Shown here: positions 41,807 through 58,551 of the stretch, in pieces
How the letters are laid out: every line of letters begins with the position of its first letter
Position numbering within the stretch: the stretch's first letter is position 1
NCBI GenBank assembly: GCA_965205425.1
Contig: CBDBGZ010000004.1
Coordinates: 32,001-96,000, forward strand
DNA: 64,000 bases
Reading direction: 5' to 3'
From: Nitrosopumilus sp.
GTDB taxonomy: Archaea > Thermoproteota > Nitrososphaeria > Nitrososphaerales > Nitrosopumilaceae
Notes under the pieces: generated by a model
Told to the model about the DNA's origin: nothing
Database searches by the model: none
What the model saw: the letters and a program-made list of their open reading frames with translations, nothing else
Position numbers and translations under genes: made by a program

Positions 41807-42201
41807 TAGGATTATAGATTCTAGGTAAATCAGTTATAGAAAATACTAAAGCTGTAACAATCCCAATAACTGCAAACTTTATTCCATTTCTAATCAATTT
41901 CTTCCATGTTTTTATTTTCTTGAGTTCCTCTTTATCAAAACCCAAAGGAAGAATTAAGATCTGTTTTGGAATTTTATTATGAGTGTGTTTAATTCCTTTT
42001 TTGTGAATTATTCTTTCAGATTTTTCAACTAGTCCAAGTTTTCCTTAGCTATCAACAGTAGATAGGAAAGTACTCAATTCGGATCAAAAATAATGATCAT
42101 TTTCTCAAATTATTCAGATAGAAAAAGCTTGATGGAAGTATGTCACTCCATCAAATATGCATTGTACTTCATTTGATACCATGACACACCAAGGTGTAGT
42201 A

Positions 42202-42908
42202 TAGCGACGATCAAAAGTTCGCAAACATCTTTGCAGGATTTCTAAAGATATAATTTGCAACATCAAGCTTGAATTTTGTCACTCTGAAATATTTTGACAC
42301 TATACCATTCATCATCGCAAACATTGCATAATACTCTGAAACCAACAACGCATATTTGCTTATCTTCCAGCACTGCTCTATCATGTTCTTCAAGTATGGT
42401 GATCCCTTTGGCAACCAGATTAGTTTGACATCTCTATTGTTTGCAAGGTATTCCTTTACCTTCTTTGATTTGTGAACTGATGCTCTATCTAAAATGATTG
42501 CAATCTTGCCGTATTTCTGATGCAATTCCTTTAGGTACTCTACAAATGTCACAGCGTTGAATTTGTCATAAACTCTGAATAGTTGATTACCATTTTCTGT
42601 AATTGTACCATACACTGCCAGACTCTCATGTCGTCCTGTATATGGAAGAAATATTCTCTTGGCAACTGGTGACCAGTACTTTTTTCCTGTTTTTGTATCC
42701 CTTACAAAGAATGCTTCATCAGCCATTGCAATTACAAATCCTTTCTTTTTTAGGCGTGAAATTCTCTTTTTGATGCGTTGTTGCCAGCTTCTCACAGCAG
42801 ATATACTTGCATGGTTGATGTGATATTTTTGTGCAGTTTTTGCAGACATGCCGTATTGGTGCATTATCTTTCTGATGTGGGTTATGTGAAATTTTACTCC
42901 AGTGGAAT
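42202..42908 (-). mobile_element. IS630A copy, 5'-truncated by IS5-a
   Basis: Near-identical to the 3' two thirds of 36772..37857. Confidence 0.92.
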
Positions 42909-43917
42909 GCTGTGTTTCCCAACATGACTAGTTGATCCAATTAATTTCATCACCCAAGCTTTAGATCAGAATATTCTGTATTATTCCATGAACAGAAACT
43001 GGAAAAATTACAACAAAACACTAGTTAGACGTGGAGAAATCATGTTGTCCTTTGACGCAATGGAATCATGGAGTATGGAACTAAAAGAGATGAATCACAA
43101 AAAGGAAGGTCATCGATTTGTCTATCCTGAATCCTTCATGGAGGCACTAGGATACTGTCATCTCTATTTGCATCTTCCATTCAGACAAACAGAAGGTCTG
43201 ATAAAATCACACCTCCAATCCAAAACAAAGACTCCCACATATTCTGCCATTTGGAAACGTGTCAACAAACTTGACATCAAGATGAATCCAAAACTAGGAA
43301 AAGACATTGTCATTGCAATAGACTCAACTGGAATCAAGGTTGCAAACAGAGGTGAGTGGATGAGACAGAAATGGCAGAAGAGAAGAGGATTTCTTAAAAT
43401 TCATGTGGCAGTAGATGTGAAATCTAAACAGATCACAGGGATTGATATTACAGATGACAAGTCACATGATTCAAAACATTTCATATCGCTAGTTGAGCAA
43501 TCAAAACAGTTTGGCAATGTCACTAAAACTTTGGCTGATGGTGCATATGATACAAAGGATAATTTTTCATATCTGTATTATGATAATGATATTCTACCTG
43601 CAATTAAAACAAGAAAAAACTCATCAGTTGTAACTGATTGTTATCCTCGGAGAAAGTCCGTTTTGGCACAATTGTATAACTTGGATCTATGGAAGCTCAG
43701 CGTAAGCTATGGGGATAGATGGATTGTAGAGGGAGTATTCTCTGTATTCAAAAGAATATTTGGAGAGCATGTGACATCGCACAAGAGAGAAAACATGATT
43801 CATGAATTGAAAATGAAAGTTTGTCTGTACAATAAAATGATTGCAATGCAATAGAATCAGAAATGATTTCAAAGCATCAAAGAGTGTTGATGGTTATTTG
43901 GGGTTGGGAAACAAAGT
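42909..43917 (+). mobile_element. IS5-family element (IS5-a)
   Basis: Repeats GCTGTGTTTCCCAAC / GTTGGGAAACAAAGT; AAT on both sides. Confidence 0.92.
42988..43854 (+). CDS. IS5-family (IS903-like) transposase
   Basis: NWKNYN..L..RG, IDSTGIKV..GEW, FLKIHVAVD, ADGAYD, RWIVEGVFS. Confidence 0.92.
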   Translation: MNRNWKNYNKTLVRRGEIMLSFDAMESWSMELKEMNHKKEGHRFVYPESFMEALGYCHLYLHLPFRQTEGLIKSHLQSKTKTPTYSAIWKRVNKLDIKMNPKLGKDIVIAIDSTGIKVANRGEWMRQKWQKRRGFLKIHVAVDVKSKQITGIDITDDKSHDSKHFISLVEQSKQFGNVTKTLADGAYDTKDNFSYLYYDNDILPAIKTRKNSSVVTDCYPRRKSVLAQLYNLDLWKLSVSYGDRWIVEGVFSVFKRIFGEHVTSHKRENMIHELKMKVCLYNKMIAMQ

Positions 43918-43946
43918 AATCTTTGTTATCTTTTTCTGCCATGTGA

Positions 43947-44262
43947 TAGTTAAGGCATTAAATATCTGAACACTTTAACAACTCGAAACACTTCATTATC
44001 CAATCTCGTCTGCATGTGTTTTCTCATTTCAGAACCATTGACGAAGAATTGGTTTGCAGTTTCCCTTTTTCTCTTCTCTGTATCTTAATTGGGTTTAATT
44101 CTGGAGTGTATGCAGGAAAAACATCTAATGTTCGCTTTACTTTTTGATGCTTTGAGAAATTCTTTTACTATGACACTTTTGTGGCATGATGCATTATCTG
44201 CAAACAATAACAGTTTCTTACGAAATTGTTTTTGTAATGATTCTAAAAAATCAAGAAATGAA
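43947..44262 (-). mobile_element. degenerate IS630B right-end remnant
   Basis: TAGTTAAGGCATTAAATAT end; LLLFADNASCHKS; indels. Confidence 0.85.
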
Positions 44263-44323
44263 TCCTGAATCTGATGCAATCCTACTTAGGATAACGCTTA
44301 ATTCCAATCAAAAATTATCTGAT

Positions 44324-44683
44324 ATGTTGCCTAGTTTTGAGTTAAACTATTTTGCAGACAAAGTACACATTCATCGATGGCCCCAAAACTCACCTATCTG
44401 GGATGATTCTACAAAAAAACAATTTGTTGAATCAATCAACTCCAATCCAGGCAAAAAACAGATCATAATTAAAGACAATTACTTGAAAATAGGGGATTTT
44501 GAATTTACTTCATTGAAAAAAATTGGGGTTTCTGTACCTTTTTTTAAAAAGGAATGCACCATGATCTTGGAGGCCCAATATGGGAAATTCTTTGCACATG
44601 TGCACATTACAACAAAATCTGAGGACTATCTTGAGATTTTTAACAAATTAATTTCCTGGACCAAATCTTTTTCAAAGACTTGA
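44324..44683 (+). CDS. hypothetical protein
   Basis: MLPSFELNYF...; the part of ORF 44186 upstream of about 44262 lies in IS remnant DNA. Confidence 0.7.
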   Translation: MLPSFELNYFADKVHIHRWPQNSPIWDDSTKKQFVESINSNPGKKQIIIKDNYLKIGDFEFTSLKKIGVSVPFFKKECTMILEAQYGKFFAHVHITTKSEDYLEIFNKLISWTKSFSKT

Positions 44684-44689
44684 AAATAC

Positions 44690-45964
44690 TCATCTTATCA
44701 TTTTTCTGATATCTGCCTTTGTGTGCGCATTTGATATGGCACCTAGTTTTCCTGGCAAAAAGAAAATTCCGTCATGTGCTATCATTTTAAAATGATATTC
44801 ATGCAGAGCCTTGACATCACACATTGCTGCTTGGCAAGCATTGGTAATCTCTGAAATCCCGTCTTTAACAAAATGAGTCATAAACAAAGACCCCTTGCCT
44901 GTAACTATGACTTTGCCATCAAATGACTTTGTTAGTTCTTGTCTTGCATATTGCCCCAAATCGTTAATCTTAGAATACACTGAACTGTTGTTTTTTAATG
45001 CCAATAGAGTAGCATACCCTGATGTCATAGAAGCTGGATTTGCAGAAAACGTACCTCCTCCCACATAACTTCGCTTTGACTTTTTCTTATCTGTGGTGTC
45101 TGCATGCTTCATGATTTCTTTTTTCCCACACATTACTCCAATTGCCATTCCGCCTCCTACAATCTTACCTAATGTAACAATGTCTGGTTCTAACTTCATT
45201 GTAGGGTATAGACATCCGTATCTGAATCTAAATCCTGTAACAATTTCATCTAAAATAAACAATGACTTGTTTTTATGAACAAACTCTTGAACCCCTTTGA
45301 GATATTCTGGAGTAGCTGGAATACATCCTGCACCTCCCAATACTGGCTCTATGATTACTCCTGCCAAATCCTTTGCATGTTTTCTAAGAATTTTTAGCGA
45401 ACCTTCTAAATCATTGTAAGGCATGGAAATAATCTTCTCTTCATTTACCATTCCGCTACTTTCTGATTCACTAAACGGCCAGTTTACACTTTTGAGCAAA
45501 TCCGATGTGTATCCGTGCCATCCCCCATCAATCTTTGCAATAATTTTTTTCCCAGTTACTGAACGTGCCAGTCTTACTGCATACATTGTGGCTTCAGTTC
45601 CTGATGTGACATAGCGAATTTTCTCAGCAACTGGAACTGCCTTTGAAATTAATTCTGATAGTTTTATTGTCTGCTCATTTACAGTTCCATACATCCAACC
45701 TTTTTCAATTTGTTTTCTCAGAGAATCCTTGACATCTTTTGGAGCGTGTCCTAAAATTAAACTCCAATGACCCATCCAATAATCTGTATACTTGTTCTCA
45801 TCTACATCTACAAGATTTTTTCCAGAAGATGATTTTACTACAAATGGATATGGCTCATAATATCGTATATTGTGAGAAATACCATTTACATGAAGTCTCA
45901 ATGACTTTGCAAATATTTTTGCAGAATTTTTTGTCTTTTTTTTATACTCTGTAATGTAACTCAA
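44690..45964 (-). CDS. hemL: glutamate-1-semialdehyde 2,1-aminomutase (class III aminotransferase)
   Basis: [39 protein letters not shown]. Confidence 0.85.
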   Translation of the reverse strand: MSYITEYKKKTKNSAKIFAKSLRLHVNGISHNIRYYEPYPFVVKSSSGKNLVDVDENKYTDYWMGHWSLILGHAPKDVKDSLRKQIEKGWMYGTVNEQTIKLSELISKAVPVAEKIRYVTSGTEATMYAVRLARSVTGKKIIAKIDGGWHGYTSDLLKSVNWPFSESESSGMVNEEKIISMPYNDLEGSLKILRKHAKDLAGVIIEPVLGGAGCIPATPEYLKGVQEFVHKNKSLFILDEIVTGFRFRYGCLYPTMKLEPDIVTLGKIVGGGMAIGVMCGKKEIMKHADTTDKKKSKRSYVGGGTFSANPASMTSGYATLLALKNNSSVYSKINDLGQYARQELTKSFDGKVIVTGKGSLFMTHFVKDGISEITNACQAAMCDVKALHEYHFKMIAHDGIFFLPGKLGAISNAHTKADIRKMIR

Positions 45965-46120
45965 AAGTAATTTTTAAAACAAAATCTGTCATTTTAACTA
46001 TCAAAATAACCCCCTCTGGTCAATCTCTAAAAGTAAGGCATATCTGAGTGGATGATATGGAGAATAAAATGTGTAATTTTTACAATTTTTTGGCCCGATC
46101 AGGCATAATTTCACGTATGG

Positions 46121-46128
46121 TTTATATG
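46121..46128 (+). promoter_or_regulatory. candidate TATA box of the rRNA operon
   Basis: TTTATATG about 230 bp upstream of 16S, ahead of the structured leader. Confidence 0.45.
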
Positions 46129-46349
46129 GATTCTGGTTTTGTTGGCTTCTGCATACGTAACGCAATAGGCGGCGCTCGTGATGAAGTATGGCAAGATGCC
46201 ACTTTGTGATTCATGGGCCTCCAGTTACGCATACAAGTATGAGGATTTGATTGCAAGATCAATATCTGAAATGTGAAGATTATGTGCATCCGTCAATTCC
46301 AATTAAAGTACAAATGTACTTCAATAATCAAAACAAAAAAATAATTCAG

Positions 46350-47820
<1,471 letters not shown>

Positions 47821-47960
47821 TAGACATGGAAAGTGTACGGGTGTACATAATCTTCACATTGAAATCATCGATGCAATGCATCACTAAAGTGATGTATGAA
47901 GGATGTAGTGGGTTCCTGCCAAGGGACTTGCAATGATCGTCGTGCATAGTCGTGTAATAT

Positions 47961-50971
<3,011 letters not shown>

Positions 50972-51044
50972 TTACATAGAGACTATGCGCGATGATTTCA
51001 TTCATATCATCAAGTGGATAACATATACACGACTTGTACGATGA

Positions 51045-51250
51045 TTTTATTTTTTAATCATACATAGCGTAAGCTATACTGCCTAACAAATATTCATGAT
51101 CCAAAATCTTCCAAATTATACTAATTCCTGAAATTTAAACTTGAATCTACAATGTACGTAAATCTAGTTCAGAATAGGGTGACGAATTTTTGTTATTGAG
51201 TACATGTGTTTTTATTTTTTAATCATACATAGCGTAAGCTATGTGTTTTT
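51045..51250 (+). repeat. tandem duplication of a hairpin plus T-run unit after 23S (terminator-like)
   Basis: TTTTATTTTTTAATCATACATAGCGTAAGCTAT at 51045-51077 and 51210-51242; ACATAGC-GTAA-GCTATGT hairpin. Confidence 0.75.
51077..51202. mobile_element. 126-bp MITE-like insert, second type
   Basis: Imperfect 23-bp inverted ends TACTGCCTAACAAATATTCATGA / revcomp TACTCAATAACAAAAATTCGTCA; sits at the TA of the first repeat unit. Confidence 0.65.
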
Positions 51251-51332
51251 AGCTCTTTGATATTTTTTACATCGATTAATTTTTTTACAAATGAATTTAA
51301 TTTGCAATAAATATTTTGTTTTGATGCTTGTA

Positions 51333-52362
51333 TCTATTATCCTCAAATTAGTTCATCCCATTATTTCCAGACTAAAGTCAAGATACGTTTGGAAAAGAGG
51401 AAAGAATCACAAGATTATGCAAAAGTTAGATCCAATCCAGATATCCTGGATAATCAAGTCAAAAGAGGACTGGTGCCAAAAACGCAGACGTAGCCTCATC
51501 CATGAAGATATCTGTTGGGTGGGTGCAGAAACTCTACTCACGGTATCGCCGTACCGGTACAGTTCCGATTCTAGGCAAGCCTGGAAGGCCAAAGGGAATA
51601 ATCACAGAGCAGATGGTGCAGACTGTCCAGTCAGCATTTGAAAAGTTCAGGTGTTCTGCAGTATTCCTGGAGAAAATAATTGATACTACTGGAACACACA
51701 TACCTCACAATACCATACACAAAATTATGAGAGATGAAGGGTTGGCAGAAGCTCAGCCAAAGAAGAGGAGAAGACGAAAGTGGGTTAGATACGAGAGGAC
51801 ATATTCAAACTCCATGTGGCATACTGACTGGAAGAAGCTAGATGATGGCAGATGGTTCTTATGCTACCAGGATGACGCATCAAGGTTTATCGTCTCTCAT
51901 GGAGTGTTTGCAGAGGCAACAACAGATAACGCACTTGTAGTATTACATGAGGCAATTGCAAAGCACGGTAGGCCTGCATCAATTCTAACTGATCATGGCT
52001 CCCAGTTTTATGCAAACCAATCAGAATACAAGAGAAAAGGAGCATCACAGTTTGAGCAGGAACTGGTAAAATTAGAGATAAAGCATATCATGGCAAGAGT
52101 GAACCATCCTCAAACCAATGGCAAGCTCGAAAGATTTCACGGCGAGATTCAGAGAAAGCAGAAATGGTTTGGCACCATTGATGAGCTGGTCCACGGGTAC
52201 AATCACATAAAGCCACACATGTCACTTGACTGGGATAATCTTGAGACCCCTGCAAAGGCATATGCAAGAAAGATGCCAGAGAAAGGAACAAGAGTTATTG
52301 ATAAGCAGACAGGAGAGGAATACGATGTCAAATAAGGGACGAACTAATTTTGGGATACAACA
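51333..52362 (+). mobile_element. IS481-family element type 2 with 5' frameshifted transposase (51417..52335)
   Basis: Ends TCTATTATCCTCAAATTAGTTCATCCC / GGGACGAACTAATTTTGGGATACAACA; MWHTDW, DDASR, LTDHGSQF, HPQTNGKLERF. Confidence 0.9.
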
Positions 52363-52370
52363 AATTAATT

Positions 52371-53513
52371 GAGACTTGGGCATAATGATTTACAAAAATA
52401 ATTTCCAATATTTCTCTAGCAGCACAACATTCTCTTTACAGTTCTTGGATTCTCTGCTCCAATTGCACAGTTGTAGTAAACTCTCAACTGGTACACAAGA
52501 ACACAAACCAACACAAATGATTTGACATTGTGCAATCCCTTTACAGGCAATACTCTGATGTCAAAAATATCTTTGAGATACTCAAATAGAGGTTCAATTG
52601 AGACTTTTCTATCTGCATACAGCTCTTGCCCAATTACAGAATTGTAAAACTCTACGAGTTTTATTCTCTCTGGCGGCGTATGCGGGTATTGTTTTATTGG
52701 AGTAATTAGTCTCAGATTTTTCTTGTTGCTAAATTGATGCAGTGAACCATTGTCATATGCAGGATCACATAAGATATTCTCAACAAATCCTGCAAGAGAT
52801 TCAGTTAGTATTTCATACATCTTGCCGTCATGAACATTTGCAGTTGAGACATCAGCAGATAGTGGAACAACCAGTTTGCCAGTACTACAACTCATATGCA
52901 GTTTGTACCCAAATACCCAACCCTTTGATTTTGAAAAACCCCATTTTGCATCTGTGTCAATTCCTGAGATTGGAATTCTATTCTTTTTCATATCTGATTT
53001 GTGCCATACTGGACCTGCAGCTTTTAGCATGGAACTATCCACTGATGCAGATATGTCATCGACTAGTTTCTCTGATACAAACAGACTTTTCATATTACTG
53101 ATTATATCACCAATTGGCAGAACTTGGAATCGTCTGTCAATGGTTCTTCTGTTTGGGATTTGAGCTAGTCTGCAAACCTTGAGCAATTTATCATTGATAC
53201 CTTTAGTCAAAAGAAAATAATGTAATGTATTGTTACTAGGAATTCTCATCCATGACTTTATGATGAATAGTTGCACCATTAGAATTGTAGAGTATACGTA
53301 CGGTCTACCGGGTTTTCAGCATCTCTTCATACAAAGACAACATTCCCACCAAATGTAACACGCCAATAAGAAATGATTCCGATAGAATCTTGCCTAGGGA
53401 TTTTCATTTGTTTTGACATTACAATGAACAAAACATGATAAGATCCTTAGCTTTTTCTATTTGAATAATTTGAGAATTGACTCAAAAATTAGAATTAGTT
53501 ATGCCCATGTCTC
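52371..53513 (-). mobile_element. DDE IS (IS4/IS5/IS982-like), copy 2, 5' frameshifted transposase (52416..53419)
   Basis: Same terminal repeats as 9300..10440; 8-bp duplication AATTAATT. Confidence 0.9.
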
Positions 53514-53624
53514 AATTAATTATCAAACCACAGTATACACACTTGAAAATTATGTGTTATTTTTTTGATCATTTGTCAATTATTGACCACTTTACATTTT
53601 ATCAAAAATAAAAAAATATGATAC

Positions 53625-54434
53625 ATTACGGCTAAAAAATACAATTCACCAATAACTTATCGATTAAAGGAAATTCCTGTAAAATACATCAAAGTTTGGC
53701 GTGATGCTCAGGCAAGAAAACTAGATAAAGAGGGAATAGCAGAACTTGCAAAGTCAATACAAAATGACGGATTACAAAATCCTCCAATGGTCCAAAAGGA
53801 TGGAAAGAACTCTTACTTGCTCATGTCAGGCCAGAGAAGGCTTGCAGCACTGAAAAGACTAGGTGCAAAAAAGATACCCGTATTACTGTTAACTAATAGT
53901 ACCAAATATGATTTAGAGGATGCAAAAGCAGCATCAGTTGTAGAGAATCTACATAGAAATAAAATGAACACTAGAGATATGACGGCAGCTTGTGTGTTTT
54001 TAACAGAATCTGTAGGTAAATCAAAGGCTGCAAAGTCATTGGGAATATCAATACAAACTTTGAAAAAATACCTTGGATTTGCAGCAGTTCCAGACAAACT
54101 AAGAACATTTGTTCCAAAAGAGTTGTCAAGGGATGACTGTGTGAAATTGTACAGGGCAGTTCCAAATGTTACAAAAGCAGTATCTGTTGCAGAGAAGATA
54201 ATCCCATTGGATCAGAAATTAAGAAAAGAGTATCTCAAATCACTTGCACGTTCCCCAAAATCATCACATCTCAAGTTGCTAAAAAAAGTAAAGAGTGGGT
54301 TATTGCAACAGCGAGTTACTATACTATTGAATAAGGGAAATGCCAGGAAGTTACATAGTTTGGCTATGAAGAAAGATGTAGAAGTTACTGAGATGGCAGA
54401 TGAAATATTGTCAAGTTATTTGAAAAGACGTTAA
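53625..54434 (+). CDS. ParB-like protein, paralog of 16942..17751 (apparent ATT start)
   Basis: Same length, motifs and upstream region; many synonymous differences. Confidence 0.85.
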   Translation: MTAKKYNSPITYRLKEIPVKYIKVWRDAQARKLDKEGIAELAKSIQNDGLQNPPMVQKDGKNSYLLMSGQRRLAALKRLGAKKIPVLLLTNSTKYDLEDAKAASVVENLHRNKMNTRDMTAACVFLTESVGKSKAAKSLGISIQTLKKYLGFAAVPDKLRTFVPKELSRDDCVKLYRAVPNVTKAVSVAEKIIPLDQKLRKEYLKSLARSPKSSHLKLLKKVKSGLLQQRVTILLNKGNARKLHSLAMKKDVEVTEMADEILSSYLKRR

Positions 54435-54512
54435 ATCATAGATACAAAAGTAATGCAACCTTATTTAAAAACAGACAAAGTAGTAATTCATCCCACAGAA
54501 TAATCTTTTTTC

Positions 54513-54935
54513 TTATATTTTTCTTAACTTGGATACACCAGTTGTAATATGATCTATGATTGTTGGTAGTGGTGTACCTGGACCAAACACGTGGTCTACT
54601 CCTGATTTTACTAAATCTTTATGATCGATTTCTGGAATTACTCCTCCTCCGACTACTAACACATCTTTGATTCCTTTCTTTTTGAGATTTTTAACTACTC
54701 TTGGGAACAGTGTTCCATGTGCTCCATTAAGCAAACTCATTGCAATTGCATCCACATCTTCATCTTCTGCAATTTGTGCAATTCTGTCTGGAGTGGCAAA
54801 AAGTCCTGAATAGATTACTTCCATCCCTGCATCCCTGAATGCTCTACATAACACAAGAGCACCTCTATCGTGTCCATCTAATCCTAGTTTGGCAACTAAA
54901 ATTTTGATGCTGCGTGATGCTGCTTTTTGCTTCAT
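54513..54935 (-). CDS. methylmalonyl-CoA mutase small (B12-binding) subunit
   Basis: AKLGLDGHDRGA B12 motif, DAGMEVIY, VGGGVIP, FGPGT. Confidence 0.92.
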   Translation of the reverse strand: MKQKAASRSIKILVAKLGLDGHDRGALVLCRAFRDAGMEVIYSGLFATPDRIAQIAEDEDVDAIAMSLLNGAHGTLFPRVVKNLKKKGIKDVLVVGGGVIPEIDHKDLVKSGVDHVFGPGTPLPTIIDHITTGVSKLRKI

Positions 54936-54987
54936 GATTATAGTTAAATTTGGGATATTTTAAAAGGTTTAATTCATCTCTAGTTTT

Positions 54988-56029
54988 TGTTCTTTCCAAA
55001 AATTATTTCGTGTCACTTTCATGAGTAATTCCTCCATAGAATGCTTGGGTCTATGAGTATTTCGTTTGTTATCATCTTGGAGTGATACGCATCAGATGGT
55101 GTCTCCATATTATCCAAGTCTAGTGCGCCATGAACTCTAATGTGATTGTACCAATGCATAAACTGCTCCACTGACTCAAAGTATTCTATTTTACACTCAA
55201 AGATATCCCAGAACTTTTCTAGCTTACCATTTGTTTGTGGATGTCTCACTCTTGTACGAGAGTGCTTTACGTGATGTCTCATTAGTTGCTGCTCAAAGTC
55301 TACTGGCTTGTTATGATCAAGAGTATTGACATTTGATGTGAACTGTTTTCCATTATCAGATAGTACGGATGCTGGTCTACCGTGATTCTTTATTGCATCA
55401 GATAGTACTGCAGAAGAATTCACAGATGTTGCCTCATCATACCCTCCGAAACCCGTGATAAATCGTGAGGCATCATCTTCAAATGCAATTAGTTGTTTTC
55501 CTGCCCAGCGTGAATCATGTATTGTGTGCCAGTCAGTATGCCACAGTGAATTTGAATATTCACGTTCATACCTGATCCACTTTCTTCTCATCTTTTTCCG
55601 TGGTTGCTCAACTGATAATCCTTCATCTAGCATAATCTTGTGGATGCGATTGTGGTTTATCTTGGTATTGTACAATTTTGATATGATTTTCTCAAGGTAT
55701 AGTGCGTTTGTATGAAATTTTTCTTGAACTTGTTTGACTAGCTCTATCTCGTGTACAGTGACTGGCTTTTTTGGACGCCCTGGTCTTTTGAGTGTGGGAA
55801 TCTTTTTGGTTTTTTTGTACTGAGAGTAGACTTGTTGTACTCTTCTAGGCGTTATCTTGAGGATTACTGAAATATCTAAATTCTTGACTTTTTCATTTTT
55901 AGATTGTATAATCCACCTGATCTTATTCTCATCTAACTTTACCATAGGTATGCCACGATACCCACGCATACGATAGTATGGGAATGATGCTCTCCTAGTT
56001 AAGGGGTGAACTAATTTGAGGATAATAGA
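54988..56029 (-). mobile_element. IS481 type 1, copy 2 (transposase 55019..55945)
   Basis: 1042 bp, near-identical to 32690..33731 except for the terminal 19 bp; no target duplication. Confidence 0.92.
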
Positions 56030-56082
56030 ATCATGGCACGTTACAGACTCACTTAAAAAGACCACGAAAATCAATACTATTT

Positions 56083-56571
56083 GTGGATAAAATACAAAAA
56101 AGAATCAGACTGATGAATGCCTACACATCACAACTTGATGATTTGATATCTAACAGCATAGATACTGTAGAGTCTGCTTATGAGGATATGAAAGAAATGT
56201 ACGAATCAGACAAACTGCAAGACATGGATTTGGCAAAATACCAAATGTTCTGCACACAAATGCATCAAATCCACCTAAAACGGATATCTGATTTTTCTAC
56301 CCAGTGTGAGGTGATTGCAAAGTTTGCACCTGATCTTGGAGAGCATATCAAAGAGCTCATTGCAAATCTAGAACAGGCAACATCAAATTTTGTAGATATG
56401 ATAAAATATGTTCCTCCAAAAGACAGTGATGAATTTCCAACAAATACATGGCTTGCAGATTTTCAGGTATTGTTACTTGATATGCAACAAACATCAGATG
56501 ACATTGAAATTATGCTCAATGTAACCTCAGATGTAGCTGAATCTACATTAAGATTCATTGAAGAGAAATAA
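56083..56571 (+). CDS. helical acidic hypothetical protein
   Basis: 162-aa ORF with GTG start. Confidence 0.7.
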   Translation: MDKIQKRIRLMNAYTSQLDDLISNSIDTVESAYEDMKEMYESDKLQDMDLAKYQMFCTQMHQIHLKRISDFSTQCEVIAKFAPDLGEHIKELIANLEQATSNFVDMIKYVPPKDSDEFPTNTWLADFQVLLLDMQQTSDDIEIMLNVTSDVAESTLRFIEEK

Positions 56572-56641
56572 TCTCAACTATACCACACACATACAAAATA
56601 CAACTAAAAATAACATGATAAACTATTCGAATATTATAATC

Positions 56642-56842
56642 ATGTCAGGAAGCCGTACTAGTACAATCCGCACACATACACAGAAAAAGCACTATAGTAC
56701 CATGTCCTGTCAAAAGTGTGACAAATCATTTAACATTGGAGACTCTCTGTACATTTCCCAGTCAAAGTCACACAAGAGATACTATCATGAGTCCTGCTGG
56801 AATGACACATTCTGTTTTTATCTTCAGTTTATTTGCAGTTGA
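56642..56842 (+). CDS. small zinc-finger protein CxxC..GD..HxxC; 3' end runs into an IS remnant
   Basis: CQKCDKSFNIGD...YYHESC; same pattern as 59007..59195. Confidence 0.6.
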   Translation: MSGSRTSTIRTHTQKKHYSTMSCQKCDKSFNIGDSLYISQSKSHKRYYHESCWNDTFCFYLQFICS

Positions 56843-57078
56843 TTCAGAATAGCAGTTACCAAGACAACATTCCATGATGAAATGATGTATGTCCTCTGAA
56901 TTGTATATGGCATTACTTTTTTGTGAGCAAGAAAACGACAACGTTGTGCATATTATTTTAGCAATATTTGCAAATGCTTGAGTTGTTGAATTTCTAATGT
57001 GTGCAAAATCAAGATTATGATTCACATTTGATGGAGCAGTACACCTCCTTCAAGCTTTTTCTATCCAAATTTATTGTT
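56812..57078 (-). mobile_element. ISH3-like (IS4 superfamily) 5' remnant; its left end continues at about 58229-58275 beyond IS630B
   Basis: YNSEDIHHFIMECCLGNCYSE resembles an ISH3 N-terminus; upstream GATAGAAAAAGCTTGA..CTCCATCAAAT also found at about 42117-42156; boundaries approximate. Confidence 0.5.
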
Positions 57079-57080
57079 TA

Positions 57081-58226
57081 TAGTTAAGGCATTAAATATT
57101 TGAATATTTTAACAACTCTAACATCACCATTATCTAGTCTCTTCTGCATGTGTTTTCTCATCTCAGTTCCATTTGCAAAGAATGTGTTGGCATTGCCATT
57201 TTTTTCTTCTCTCCACTGTACCTCAATTGGATTGAGTTCTGGAGTGTATGCAGGAAAATATCTGATGATTACTTTATTTTTTGGTGCTTTGAGAAATTCT
57301 TTTACTCTGAGACTTTTGTGGTATGATGCATTATCTGCAAACAATAACAATTTCTTACCAAATTGTTTCTGCAAGGATTTTAAGAAATCAAGAAATGAGT
57401 CTGTGTTTGATTTATCATAGAACCTACAAAAAAATACACCGTCATCCCCCAATGCACCAAATGATTGAAACTTTTCTCGAGTATAGTTGATTTTGGTTTG
57501 TGTATTTTTTCCTTTTAGATACCAGCCTTTTTTGATATTTGGAGCTATCTTGTTTGTTGACTCATCCAGACATAATGTGGTGTATCCCAATTTGGAATAT
57601 TTTTTGATACTCCTTTTTGCGTTTTTTTAAAACGGGTTTGTTCCTCTTTTGAGGCTGATTTGTGATGAGTCTGTCTTGGTTTTTTAGATGAGAATCCGAT
57701 ACGGTGTAGTAATTCACGCATTCCTCTTGCAGAGTATAGGGTGTTGTATTTTTTATTCACATGTGTAATTACCATTCTTGTACTCCACATGAATTGGTTA
57801 AATCCAAACTTTTCTGGACCTGAAATTAGATCATTTCTTAATGACACTAGCTGTTTTTCATTTAGAAAACATCTAGAACCAGAATATTTCTTGCGGTGTG
57901 ATGCAGATATTCCCTCTTCATCCATTCGATTTAGCCAGTAGGACAGAGTTGATGGTATGATATCAAGACTGATGCATATTTGAGAATATCTCATGTCTTG
58001 TTTGCGTAAAATTGCAGTCTTTAGTCTTATCTTTGCTTTTGCATTTTTTTCATTCTTGCATGTTTTTCTTAAAAAATTAATGCTTGTACCTTTCATGAAT
58101 TGATTCCCAGAGGAAACCTTGGATTGTCTTGTACTCTTTGACATGGTTTCATGAATTGATTCTACGATCTAGATCTTTTGGGTTAAAATACTTGACAGTT
58201 TATTCAGAATTTATATGCCTAAACTA
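57081..58226 (-). mobile_element. IS630B copy 3, intact two-ORF transposase (57545..58144 and 57084..57590)
   Basis: TA duplication; 1146 bp; same slippery site. Confidence 0.93.
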
Positions 58227-58551
58227 TAACTGATGAAATAATGGTTAGTTTCTGATCTAAATTGGATTACTTTCCCAAGTACTGTTTTAGAAAGTTAGGA
58301 CATGATGAAATATCCCAAATAATAAAAAACCAAGTAAAGGACATAAATAACAAATACAATCTCAAGGGAACCGTCAAATCAACAATAATAAATGATGAAT
58401 CAACAATTATCTCTTGTAACATAGTTGGCAAAACTAGACAATATGAAAATAAAAAAGCAGATAATGCATATGAATAAAATACCATCAATGTTCAAAAAAT
58501 AATGGAGATTGAAAATTACAAAATGACATTAAAAATTAAGGATAAATTACA

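Noticed and set aside
44690..44720. Possible C-terminal truncation of hemL
   Set aside because: 424 aa is near full length and no IS end is adjacent
58262..58477. 71-aa ORF
   Set aside because: Start lies in a probable IS end; at most a gene fragment, no motif
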